A stretch of DNA of 48,221 bases from Candidatus Woesebacteria bacterium (GTDB lineage Bacteria; Patescibacteriota; Microgenomatia; UBA1400; UBA1396), in assembly GCA_021208605.1 (NCBI GenBank), contig JAJOJK010000007.1, positions 1-48,221 of the forward strand, given 5' to 3'. This document shows positions 7,709 to 16,844 of the stretch, piece by piece (position 1 is the first letter of the stretch; the number at the start of each line of letters is the position of its first letter). The translations under genes and the position numbers were made by a program. The notes beneath the pieces are model-generated. The model worked only from the letters and a program-made list of their open reading frames with translations, did not search any database and was not told the origin of the DNA.

Positions 7709-8611
7709 TTAGTGCTTCTTGAGTTCGTTGGTGATGGTGTCCGCTAAGGACAAGATGGTGAGTTTCGGAGACTGGGGGGAGCCCCCGGACGGAGACACGG
7801 AGTCGGTAATCACGATGCTGCTGAGAGGACTGTTGGTCAGTTTCTCGAGCGATTCTGGCACGTACAAAAAGTGCGTCACGTAAAAGTGGCTGTTTTTGGC
7901 GCCAGCTTTTTCAAGCGCTTCGGCGACTTCGACCACGGTCGAACCAGTGCTGACCACGTCGTCAATCACGATACAGGCTTTGCCTTGAATATCGGCGCCA
8001 GTTAAAGAATGAATGGTTACTTCACCGGTTTCGAGATCGCGGGTTTTTTCGATGTGTGCCAAAGGCGCATTGAGCTGTTGAGCATACGAATGGGCCCGTT
8101 TCAGGCCGCCAAAGTCTGGCGCGACGACTACAAAATCCTGACCAACATGTTCGCGAATGTGGCTGGCAAACAAGGGGAAGGTGTTGAGAATGCGAGTGGG
8201 TACCGAGTAAAATCCGGCCACACTGGGATTATGCAGATCAGCTAGGAAAACTTGGTGCACGTGTTGGTGCGAGATGCTATCGGCAATCACGCGGGCCGAC
8301 ATCGGCATGCCGTCTTGGAAGGTTTTGTCTTGCAAGGAGTAGCCCATCCATGGCATGACCACGGTGGTTTCCTCTGCTCCGGCGCGCTCGGCGGCGTCAA
8401 TTAAAAGCAAGAGTTCCACAAAGTGTTCGTCGACTGGTTGCGAGAGAGACTGAATAATAACGACTCGCTCATCGCGAACCGGCGTGGCAATGCGAATGCG
8501 CTTTTCACCATTTTTGAATTTCTGAATATCCACTTCACCAGCTGTGGCACCGATTTTTTCGGCGACCGCTTGGGCCAGATGTGGATTGGCTTGTCCGCTC
8601 AAAATTACCAT
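7709..8611 (-). CDS. prs: Ribose-phosphate pyrophosphokinase
   Basis: 300 aa with the PRPP-binding loop VIDDVVSTGST and an N-terminus typical of Prs (SGQANPHLAQAVAEKIG). Confidence 0.92.
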   Translation of the reverse strand: MVILSGQANPHLAQAVAEKIGATAGEVDIQKFKNGEKRIRIATPVRDERVVIIQSLSQPVDEHFVELLLLIDAAERAGAEETTVVMPWMGYSLQDKTFQDGMPMSARVIADSISHQHVHQVFLADLHNPSVAGFYSVPTRILNTFPLFASHIREHVGQDFVVVAPDFGGLKRAHSYAQQLNAPLAHIEKTRDLETGEVTIHSLTGADIQGKACIVIDDVVSTGSTVVEVAEALEKAGAKNSHFYVTHFLYVPESLEKLTNSPLSSIVITDSVSPSGGSPQSPKLTILSLADTITNELKKH

Positions 8612-8617
8612 GGACGT

Positions 8618-8623
8618 ATTATA
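8618..8623 (-). promoter_or_regulatory. -10 box TATAAT 6 nt upstream of the prs ATG (leaderless-type geometry)
   Basis: The minus strand reads gcTATAATacgtccATG. Confidence 0.4.
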
Positions 8624-8661
8624 GCGAGGTTTTGGCCTGGCTGGTAGGAGAAAATGTGCGG

Positions 8662-9555
8662 CTAATAGGTTCTTTCACCAAAAAAAGTATCCGGATAGGT
8701 GATAGGAGAAAGCGTTACTGTGTATGGCATCTCTCCGTCAGTAATGATGTTTTCTGATGCTTGGAGCGTGTTGTATAAAAAACCAGCTACACATCCGGCA
8801 TGAGTTCCTCTTGATGAATCATAGTCACCAGTATGATAGATATATTTTTGAGGTAAATTCGTATCTTGGTCTGAGGTTTGCTGCAGATATGAATAACTTC
8901 CACCTACAGTTATACTGGTTGCCCCAAGGTCTAAAATATGTTGTAAGACCTTTTGCCACTTTCTTTTACGAATGTATTCTGGAGTTGATCTGTACAGAGC
9001 GGCCTGCTCATCGAAGAATGTAGCCAGAGATTCTCGTATTCTTTCTCTGAACGTGTTTGCTGTTTGAATATCAGGTTCAGGATTTGATGGCATAGTGGGA
9101 TAAAAAATGAGTGGACCGTGAAAACCAATTGTCCGGAGAATATATTCGGTTTCTTCAACCAGTTCTGTTTCCTCTGCTAAGAGTAGTATGTCATGAGAGT
9201 GGCGCTGGATGTATTTCCTGAGCTTGAAGAGATACCTCACGATGTTTCCCTTATGGCGAGCTGAGTTATAAATGCCATTTATGCGTTTTTCGAGGAGTTT
9301 TGCACTTATGGGAGTAGTATCACGAAGAATGAGAATAAGTTCTACCCAAGTGCGAGCATCCATTTTTTCTTTGAGTTCATAGAAAGGATGCACTAAGGCA
9401 AAAAGTTCTCCACCATTATTCTGAATTGTTTCTTGCAGTGCGTGTGTTTGCGGATGATTCGGAGTGAGGTCTAGTAGATTATGTGTATCGCCCTCAAACT
9501 TTTTTTCTGGATTTGATTCAGCTGGTTCATTTTCATATGCTCTTGGTTTTCTCAT
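8662..9555 (-). CDS. Hypothetical protein, last gene of the suf transcription unit
   Basis: 297-aa ORF, more AT-rich than its neighbours. Its ATG is separated from the sufD stop by 1 nt (TAG-T-ATG). I recognise no motif. Confidence 0.5.
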   Translation of the reverse strand: MRKPRAYENEPAESNPEKKFEGDTHNLLDLTPNHPQTHALQETIQNNGGELFALVHPFYELKEKMDARTWVELILILRDTTPISAKLLEKRINGIYNSARHKGNIVRYLFKLRKYIQRHSHDILLLAEETELVEETEYILRTIGFHGPLIFYPTMPSNPEPDIQTANTFRERIRESLATFFDEQAALYRSTPEYIRKRKWQKVLQHILDLGATSITVGGSYSYLQQTSDQDTNLPQKYIYHTGDYDSSRGTHAGCVAGFLYNTLQASENIITDGEMPYTVTLSPITYPDTFFGERTY

Positions 9556-9556
9556 A

Positions 9557-10081
9557 CTACTCCTTGATCACTTTTGTCTCAGCCAAGAACCCATCCACAA
9601 TCATCCTTTTGGCGGTGTCTGGATCAATGCCGCGAGCACCGAAGTAAAAGAGATACTCGTCGTCAATGTTGGTAACCGTGGCGGCGTGGGAGCATTTGAC
9701 TTCGTTGGCACTGATTTCTAGATTCGGGATGGCTTCTGCGCGGGCGTCGTCTGATAAAAGCAAAATGTTTTCGGTTAAAAACGCATTCGTGTCTTGAGCC
9801 TGCGGGGCAACGATAATGGTTCCTGAGAGACTGAGCTCCGCCGAATCCTCCACTACTCCACGTAAAAGTGTTTCCGAACGAGTGTGTGGCGCCTTATGGA
9901 CGATATCTAGCGTAATATTTTTGTGCTCAGTTCCTGTGACGTGCCAGCCCCCGCGGATCTGCACATCAATACCAGGATCGAGTAGTTCAACGCGATAGTG
10001 TCCGCTACGATCCAGCATGACGGTTTGCGGAAACTCACTTGTCGTGAGCGGAATGTAATAGTCCGGCTGATTATCCCGCAA
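9557..10081 (-). CDS. sufD: SufD-like Fe-S assembly protein, short C-terminal module
   Basis: SufB/SufD-family C-terminus (ISANEVKCSHAATVTNIDDEYLFYFGARGIDPDTAKRMIVDGF). It has a TTG start preceded by GGGAGG. At 174 aa it is far shorter than canonical SufD (more than 400 aa). Confidence 0.7.
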   Translation of the reverse strand: MRDNQPDYYIPLTTSEFPQTVMLDRSGHYRVELLDPGIDVQIRGGWHVTGTEHKNITLDIVHKAPHTRSETLLRGVVEDSAELSLSGTIIVAPQAQDTNAFLTENILLLSDDARAEAIPNLEISANEVKCSHAATVTNIDDEYLFYFGARGIDPDTAKRMIVDGFLAETKVIKE

Positions 10082-10763
10082 GTTCCTCCCTTAACTCTTG
10101 CAACTGGAACCAGCGAATTGGAAATTTCTCTTCTGATTCGAGGAGTTCTTCTGCCACTTTCATGTACTGAAGTGATTTTTCTGGATCAGATTTTTTCATG
10201 GCTATGGCTTGGCGGAGCAGTGAGCCAGTGAGCCAAATAGTGCGCGTTGTATCGTCGAGGTCGGCCGAAAGTTTTTCTAGCATTTCGTGGGCTTCTGTAA
10301 AGTGTGCACTGGCTTTTTCGGTGTCTTGATTGTTCCATTCACTGACCGCTAAGTGTGACAGCATATTCGCACGCAAAGCGGATTCTTCCGGGATGTACTC
10401 TAGAGCCTCTTCATAAATTTGAATAGCTTCGGCAGATTCATTCATAGCCTCGGTAAGCTGGGCAACATGAAACACTACCAGCGCTTGCAGCTCACCATCC
10501 AGCGCTTCACTATTTACATGCATCATGTGTTCGGCCATCTGCAAAGTGGTTGCCGAAAGTTCCAAGTAAATATACTGTTTTGTGAAGAGGTAGAGATGTT
10601 GATAAGTAATGTCTTTTTCGAGCAGCACGCGCACAATTCCCTCGGTGTCTTGGTCGGTGATGTACTCGACTAACGCTTGTTCGTAGAGTGCCAGCGCTTC
10701 GGCAGATTGGGCGTGTTCTCGCAATTTTTGGGCCTTGAGGTGAAGATCATTGGCGCTAAACAT
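10071..10763 (-). CDS. All-helical (TPR-like) protein between sufB and sufD; possibly the detached N-terminal part of SufD
   Basis: 230-aa ORF with repeated A-x-x-A-x-x-x-Y-E-x-A-L helices (ALALYEQALVEY, AIQIYEEALEYI). It overlaps the sufD start by 11 nt. Confidence 0.45.
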   Translation of the reverse strand: MFSANDLHLKAQKLREHAQSAEALALYEQALVEYITDQDTEGIVRVLLEKDITYQHLYLFTKQYIYLELSATTLQMAEHMMHVNSEALDGELQALVVFHVAQLTEAMNESAEAIQIYEEALEYIPEESALRANMLSHLAVSEWNNQDTEKASAHFTEAHEMLEKLSADLDDTTRTIWLTGSLLRQAIAMKKSDPEKSLQYMKVAEELLESEEKFPIRWFQLQELREELAG

Positions 10764-10789
10764 TGTTTTGGGTTCCTTTCTCGATGGCG

Positions 10790-13353
10790 TTAGCCAATCG
10801 ATCCTTCCATTTCCATGTCAATAAGCCGATTCATTTCAACGGCATATTCGAGCGGGAGTTTTTTGATGAGTGGTTCTGTAAAGCCGCGTACGATCATTTT
10901 ACTCGCTTCTTCCTCGGAAAGTCCTCGGCTCATCAAATAAAATAACTGCTCTTCACCAATGCGGCTGACTGTGGCCTCATGTTCGAGTTTGACGTGTTGA
11001 TTGCGCACTCGTTCCGTGGGATAGGTATCGGAGCGGCTATGCTCATCGAGCAACAAGGCATCACAGACCACTTTATTTTTGGAGTGGTGCGCCAACGGCC
11101 CTACTTCCACCAGCCCGCGATAGCCAGCGCGCCCACCATCTTTGCTAATCGATTTAGAAGTAATAGACGAACTGGTATAAGGAGCCAAATGGATGGCTTT
11201 ACTGCCCGTGTCTTGGTGTTGGCCGGCTCCAGCTACGGCCATGGAGAGCACTTCGCCGCGGGCACCTTTGCCCTTCAGAATACAGCTCGGATACTTCATG
11301 GTCACCTTGCTGCCCATGTTGAAATCAGTCCAGATCATCTCGCCTTCTTCTTCCACAACGGCGCGTTTCGTAACTAAGTTGTAGACCGTTTTGTACCAGT
11401 TTTGCACGGTGGTGTATTGGCAGCGTGCACCCTTTTCACGACAATTTCCACGACGGCGGAGTGGAGAGAACTCGCCTGGTAGGCGGGGGCGGTGCAATTG
11501 TGAACACTTACTGAATGAGCAGTATAACTTTCATCATCTTGCACACTAAAATTATAGACTGGAACATTTTTAACTTGTTTTTTTTCTATTTTGGTGATTG
11601 GCACGTATATGTATTTTTCGTCAATAGCGTAGTATGTTGCTCTTTTTTTACCGTTCAGTGTGGGTTCGATTGGGATATTCACTATTTTGCCAAAAGGAAT
11701 CATAAATTCCCCACCAACAACGCAGACAAACATTTTTTTTCTGTTGTGTTTTGAACGATCTTGTTCATTGATGCTACAGACAATATTGCATCGAGCAAGA
11801 ATTTTTTGGACTTGATAGATTAATTTTTGGGAAGTTGTGTTAATTCTAAAAACTTCTTTTTTCCCATGTTTATGTATCTTGTTGTAATAATTTCCATCAC
11901 CTCGGAACCAGCCAAGAATGAGTTGTTCTTGTTTCTCTGGAGACTCATACATCATCCAGTCTGGGATTGCTTTTTCGTTATGTTTTTTCCCAAACTGTTC
12001 AAATATTCGTGCGGCCTGAGTGGAACTAATTACGAGGTTTATCCCATGGTTTTTAGGATGACGTACTTCTGTTATTTTTTCTTCATTTAAACAATCAGCG
12101 ATTAATTGTTTGACATCATCAATGTAGTCTCTTTCATTTTGGTGGAATGAAAAATTGACATAGTGTCCATTACTAATACTGCCCTCGGCAAGGTAGTAGC
12201 CAACTAAACGAAAGAAATCTGGAGAGGAGGGAATAATGACATTTCGTTTTTGATATCCCTTTTTCTTTCCTGTCCAATATTGCACTGATATTTCTTGGTG
12301 GTCATTCTCTTGTATTGTTCGATCAATTGGAATACAAAGATAGTCATTTTTCTCCAGTTTTCTTGCTGGTATCCATTCTGTTTGCCATGATTTATTTCGT
12401 TCATTTTGAGATTTTCTTTTTACAGATAAGAAGGGATGTTCATGGGTGGCGGTGATTGTATTCAGGTTGCCCCTTAGAGAAACTGTAAAAAGATCGCCAG
12501 AGTATGGACGTTTTTGTGTGTGATACACATTTTTATATCGTAACTTATGTGTGAATACTTGATCTCCGCATTGAATGTCTTCAATATTTTTAATTCCTGT
12601 TTTTGTGTGGATGCTTGTGCCAGCAATGAAACAGCCTTCTATGTAGTGCACTTCTGCTCCTTCATCAACGATGATCAGGGTGCGTTCAAACTGACCAGCA
12701 TTGGGCGCGTTAATGCGGAAATAGGTTTGCAGCGGCATGCTCACCTTCACTCCTGGAGGCACATACACAAACGAGCCGCCGCTCCAAACGGCCGTATTCA
12801 ACGCTGCAAATTTGTTGTCGGCCGAGGGAATGATTTTGCCAAAGTGTTCTTTCACTAAATCAGGATACTGACGCAAACCTTCGTCCATAGATAAGAAAAT
12901 AACGCCGTCCTTTTCCCAAGTTTCTTTGAGCGAGCCGTAGATAACTTCGCTGTCGTACTGCATTTTGACGCCAGCGAGAACTTCTCTCTCGGCTTGCGGC
13001 ACGCCAATACGTTCAAAGGTTTGTTTGATGTCATTTGGCACATCAGACCAGGTTTTGAAAGCGTGGTCACTGGGGCGCAGGTAGTAGTGAATGGCGTTAA
13101 AATCAATGCCCGTAAGATCGGCACCCCACTGTGGCAGCGGTTTCTTCTCAAAAAAACGAAAGGCGTTGACGCGCTGCTGCAGCATCCACTCTGGCTCTAT
13201 TTTGTGATGAGAAATGAGTTCGACGGTGCGTTGGTCCAGCCCTGGTTCAGTAATAACGGCGTAGTCTTCGGTGCTGAACGAGTAGCCATGCTCATAGCTG
13301 TCGCCTTGCGACCAAGTATTCTGAGCTGACTTGAGGGGAGCAAATCGGGCCAT
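10790..13353 (-). CDS. sufB: Fe-S cluster assembly protein SufB, interrupted by an intein and by a 1-nt frameshift in the C-extein
   Basis: The N-extein (240 aa) ends ...EVHYIEG. The C-extein starts [21 protein letters not shown], then continues in the -1 frame as [13 protein letters not shown]...[20 protein letters not shown]. The spliced, frame-corrected length is about 475 aa, matching canonical SufB. Confidence 0.85.
11497..12633 (-). mobile_element. Intein (379 aa) with LAGLIDADG homing-endonuclease domain in SufB
   Basis: Cys1 ([10 protein letters not shown]), block B (TATHEHPF), two dodecapeptide motifs ([11 protein letters not shown]; [11 protein letters not shown]), blocks F and G ([21 protein letters not shown]), then the +1 Cys of CTAP. 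The sequence is very AT-rich (15 G+C in 60 nt at 11821-11880). Confidence 0.85.
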
Positions 13354-13356
13354 GCG

Positions 13357-14124
13357 TTATTGTGTCAGGTAGGGTTCGTACCCGGTGTTTTCGAGTTCTT
13401 GAGCGAGTTCTTTTTCACCACTTTTCACTATCTGGCCGTTCACTAAAACATGCACAAAGTCTGGTTCAATAAACTGCAGAATGCGTTGGTAGTGGGTGAT
13501 GAGCAGCACACCGGTGTCGTGTGTTTCAACAATGTGTTTGGCGCCTTCGGCCACGATGCGGATAGCATCGATGTCGAGGCCGGAGTCGGTTTCGTCGAGA
13601 ATGGCGTAGCGAGGTTTGAAGAGCGACATCTGGAGGATTTCCACCCGTTTGCGTTCACCTCCAGAGAATCCTTCGTTGAGATTGCGTTGCAACAGCTCCG
13701 GAGCGACCCCAAGTTTTTCGGCTTCTGCTTGCAGATAACGGCGAAACGCCAACACCGAGTCAAACGATTTTTCGGGATTGTCTTTGAGCGGGCCAAAACG
13801 AGCTTCCCACAAGGCACGTAAAAAGTTCTGCACACTTACGCCTGGAATTTCGGTGGGATACTGGAATGCTAAAAAGACTCCTTGCTTAGCGCGTTCATCT
13901 GGGGATAACTCCATCAAGTTTTCACCATCGAGTTCCACGCGTGATTTCACGGTGTCCACTTCATACGCGGGATGTCCGGCTAATGTGTAGGCCAAGGTAG
14001 ATTTGCCAGATCCGTTCGGACCCATAATGGCATGAATCTCACCCGGTTGGACAGTCAGCGAAATGCCTTTGAGGACATCTTTTTCGGCAATGTGGCTGTG
14101 GAGGGAATCGATAATAAGTGACAC
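13357..14124 (-). CDS. sufC: Fe-S cluster assembly ATPase SufC
   Basis: Walker A GPNGSGKST, the ABC signature FSGGERKR and Walker B ILDETDSGLD. It has a GTG start with TACAAT 6 nt upstream. Confidence 0.95.
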   Translation of the reverse strand: MSLIIDSLHSHIAEKDVLKGISLTVQPGEIHAIMGPNGSGKSTLAYTLAGHPAYEVDTVKSRVELDGENLMELSPDERAKQGVFLAFQYPTEIPGVSVQNFLRALWEARFGPLKDNPEKSFDSVLAFRRYLQAEAEKLGVAPELLQRNLNEGFSGGERKRVEILQMSLFKPRYAILDETDSGLDIDAIRIVAEGAKHIVETHDTGVLLITHYQRILQFIEPDFVHVLVNGQIVKSGEKELAQELENTGYEPYLTQ

Positions 14125-14178
14125 GCCTGTATTGTAGCGTACAGAGCAAACGAAAAAAGCTCAGTTCTGGAAGGAGGT

Positions 14179-14874
14179 TTATTCTCCTAAAGGCAGTTCG
14201 TGGGCGGCTGGTTCCGATTTCTTGGGTTTTTGTGAGTCTGGTTGCATGCGGGCCATCATGTCGGCTTTTGGTTTGGCGTTGCCCATATTGGGCCCTTTTG
14301 GGCTGGACTGCGGGAGAGTTGCGCCGCTACGCTGCGAGGCTTGGTGTTGTTGACCAGATTTAATAATGTCCTCGTAGAGAGCTTGTTCGGTTTTGCTGCT
14401 GCCGATATGCATAGGTGCGGCTTTCATGAATGGAGTGGCTTGGTCGGCTAAAGCCGCATTGGTTTGGCCTTGTTGCTGGCGAGCCATTTGCTGTTTCTGG
14501 CGAAACGTTTCTAAACGCTGGCGTTCATCAGCCATACGTTGCCGATCGCGGGCGATCTCAGCTTGTTGACGCTGCTGTTCTTCTGGACTTGTTTCGCCAA
14601 AAAACTGTTCAGATGCTGTGCGAATCAGTTCTATGGGTGAGAGGAGTTTTCGGGCTTGGTGAAGTTGTTCGTTTTTCGGAGCCGTGTTGCCAGCAAAATT
14701 TTGCCCAGTGCTGGTAGGTTTGGATCCACCACCCTGTTGTCCGAGTAAATTTCGCATCAGTTGCTGTTGAGCGGACGACGGACTGCCACTCGCAGAATTC
14801 GCGGAATGCGACGCCAGAGTGGCGGCATCATCCTCAGAAAATTCGGCACCAAAAGATGTGGCAGCATCACTCAT
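14179..14874 (-). CDS. Gln-rich low-complexity protein, unknown function
   Basis: I prefer the ATG at 14874 (MSDAATSF...), which has TACGCT 6 nt upstream. It shares an N-terminal segment and a C-terminal ...GE with the ORF at 43930..44802. Confidence 0.5.
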   Translation of the reverse strand: MSDAATSFGAEFSEDDAATLASHSANSASGSPSSAQQQLMRNLLGQQGGGSKPTSTGQNFAGNTAPKNEQLHQARKLLSPIELIRTASEQFFGETSPEEQQRQQAEIARDRQRMADERQRLETFRQKQQMARQQQGQTNAALADQATPFMKAAPMHIGSSKTEQALYEDIIKSGQQHQASQRSGATLPQSSPKGPNMGNAKPKADMMARMQPDSQKPKKSEPAAHELPLGE

Positions 14875-14968
14875 ATATGCAGCGTAGCACGATCGCGGTC
14901 TTTTGTGCTCGCGCAGAGTGCGCAAAAGCAGATCATCAGTCTGGATTTCTTGCCACTGTTCGCGTACT

Positions 14969-16801
14969 ATGAAAGCTATGGATCAGCCTGCCCAAGCGAC
15001 TCCTCCAGCTGGTGCCCCTGCGGCCCAGAACGCCATGGGTCAGAATACCGGTGGCCGGAAGCGTTACTCTACTCTCGTGGAGGTCTTGTTGGATCAGGGC
15101 AAGCTGACCACCATTCAGTCTGACGATATTTCTTTAGAACAAATTCGTACCGGCAAAAGTCCCGACACCATTCTCGAAGAAAAAGGCTACGTCAGTGAGC
15201 AAGATCTCACCGAAGCCAAATCACTTTTGTATAACATTCCGCTTGTCGACATTGATACGATTGGTGCTTCCCCAGAGGCCTTGGCGCAAGTGCCCGATGG
15301 CATTGCCAAACGGTATAACGTTTTGCCGTTCCGACTCGATCGCGCCAACAATGAGCTGCAAGTGGTCATGGCTGATCCGCTCGATTTGCAGGCGATTGAG
15401 TTCGTGGAGCGAAAAACCGGTCTGCGCATGCGGCCCAGTATTGCGCCAGTCTCGGATATTCAACGCGCCATTGCTGAGCGGTATGCGCAAAGTTTGTCGA
15501 GCGAAGTCTCACAAGCACTCAAAGACACTTCCAGTTTTACCGGCAAAAAAGTATTTGTTGCTGGCGAAACCGACAAGGCCATTGCCTCTGGTGAGGTGGT
15601 GCGTGAAGCGCCAATTGCCAAGATCGTGGAAACAGTGCTTTCCTTTGCGTTGAAGTCTCGCGCCAGTGATGTGCACATTGAACCAATGGAAGAGCGTACC
15701 CGCATCCGTTACCGCATTGACGGTATTTTGCAAGAGAAATTGGTGCTGCCAAAATCTGTGCACGAAGGTGTCGTGTCGCGTATTAAGATTTTGTCTGATT
15801 TAAAAATCGACGAAAAGCGTTTGCCGCAAGATGGTCGTTTTACCTTCCGTTCTGGTGAAGAAGAGGTTGATCTTCGTGTGTCCACACTCCCCACCGTCCA
15901 TGGTGAAAAAGTGGTGATGCGTTTGCTGCAGAAATCCGATGATATGCCGTCACTGAATGAACTCGGTATGGTGGGATTGGCCTACGACCGCGTCCAAGAA
16001 GCCATTCGTATTCCGCACGGAATTGTGTTGGTGACGGGTCCAACCGGTTCCGGTAAAACGACCACACTCTACTCTATTCTCAACAAAATTAACTCACCCA
16101 AAGTGAACATTATGACGCTGGAAGATCCGGTCGAGTACCAGCTGGAAGGCATCAACCAGGTGCAGGTGAATCCGCAGGCTGGTTTGACGTTTGCTTCCGG
16201 TTTGCGTTCATTCTTGCGTCAAGATCCGAACATCATCATGGTCGGTGAAATTCGTGACGAGGAGACGGCGGAGCTGGCTATTCAGGCTTCGCTGACTGGT
16301 CACTTAGTGTTCTCCACCGTTCACACGAACTCGGCCGCGGGCGCTTTGCCACGTTTGATCGATATGAAAGCCGAACCGTTCCTCTTGGCTTCTTCGATTA
16401 CGCTGGTGATGGCGCAGCGTGTGGTGCGTAAGCTCAATCCAGATGTGGCCGAAGAGTACGTTCCACCAGCGGAAGTGTTGCAAGATATTAAAGAAACACT
16501 CGGCCCTGTTTTTGAGCAGTATTTGCAGAAGAAAAATATCACCGAAGCCGATGTTCGCTTAAGCCGCGCGCGCGCTGATCGGCCGACCAATGCTTCGGAA
16601 TACCACGGTCGTATTGGTATTTTTGAGGTTCTGCCAGTCACCAAAGAGATCAGTAATATGATTCTGCAGCAGAAATCCGCCGCCGAGATTGAGATAGCTG
16701 CCGCCCAAAGTGGCATGCTCCTCATGAAGCAAGATGGCTACATTAAGGCCATGGAAGGTGTCACCACCCTGGAAGAAGTCTTGCGTGTAGCGCAGACCTA
16801 A
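14969..16801 (+). CDS. pilB: Type IV pilus assembly ATPase PilB (GspE family)
   Basis: N-terminal T2SSE_N-like domain, Walker A GPTGSGKTT, and the Asp and His boxes. The ATG at 14969 (or 14978) is preferred over the TTG at 14903. Confidence 0.9.
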   Translation: MKAMDQPAQATPPAGAPAAQNAMGQNTGGRKRYSTLVEVLLDQGKLTTIQSDDISLEQIRTGKSPDTILEEKGYVSEQDLTEAKSLLYNIPLVDIDTIGASPEALAQVPDGIAKRYNVLPFRLDRANNELQVVMADPLDLQAIEFVERKTGLRMRPSIAPVSDIQRAIAERYAQSLSSEVSQALKDTSSFTGKKVFVAGETDKAIASGEVVREAPIAKIVETVLSFALKSRASDVHIEPMEERTRIRYRIDGILQEKLVLPKSVHEGVVSRIKILSDLKIDEKRLPQDGRFTFRSGEEEVDLRVSTLPTVHGEKVVMRLLQKSDDMPSLNELGMVGLAYDRVQEAIRIPHGIVLVTGPTGSGKTTTLYSILNKINSPKVNIMTLEDPVEYQLEGINQVQVNPQAGLTFASGLRSFLRQDPNIIMVGEIRDEETAELAIQASLTGHLVFSTVHTNSAAGALPRLIDMKAEPFLLASSITLVMAQRVVRKLNPDVAEEYVPPAEVLQDIKETLGPVFEQYLQKKNITEADVRLSRARADRPTNASEYHGRIGIFEVLPVTKEISNMILQQKSAAEIEIAAAQSGMLLMKQDGYIKAMEGVTTLEEVLRVAQT

Positions 16802-16844
16802 GCAGAGTGGGTATAGTAAAGAGAGAGAAAGAACATACACGTAT

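Noticed and set aside
11515-12090. + strand ORFs (11515..11754, 11827..12090) inside the intein region
   Set aside because: They are AT-rich antisense frames, Phe/Ile/Asn-rich, opposite a well-supported intein/homing-endonuclease reading frame.
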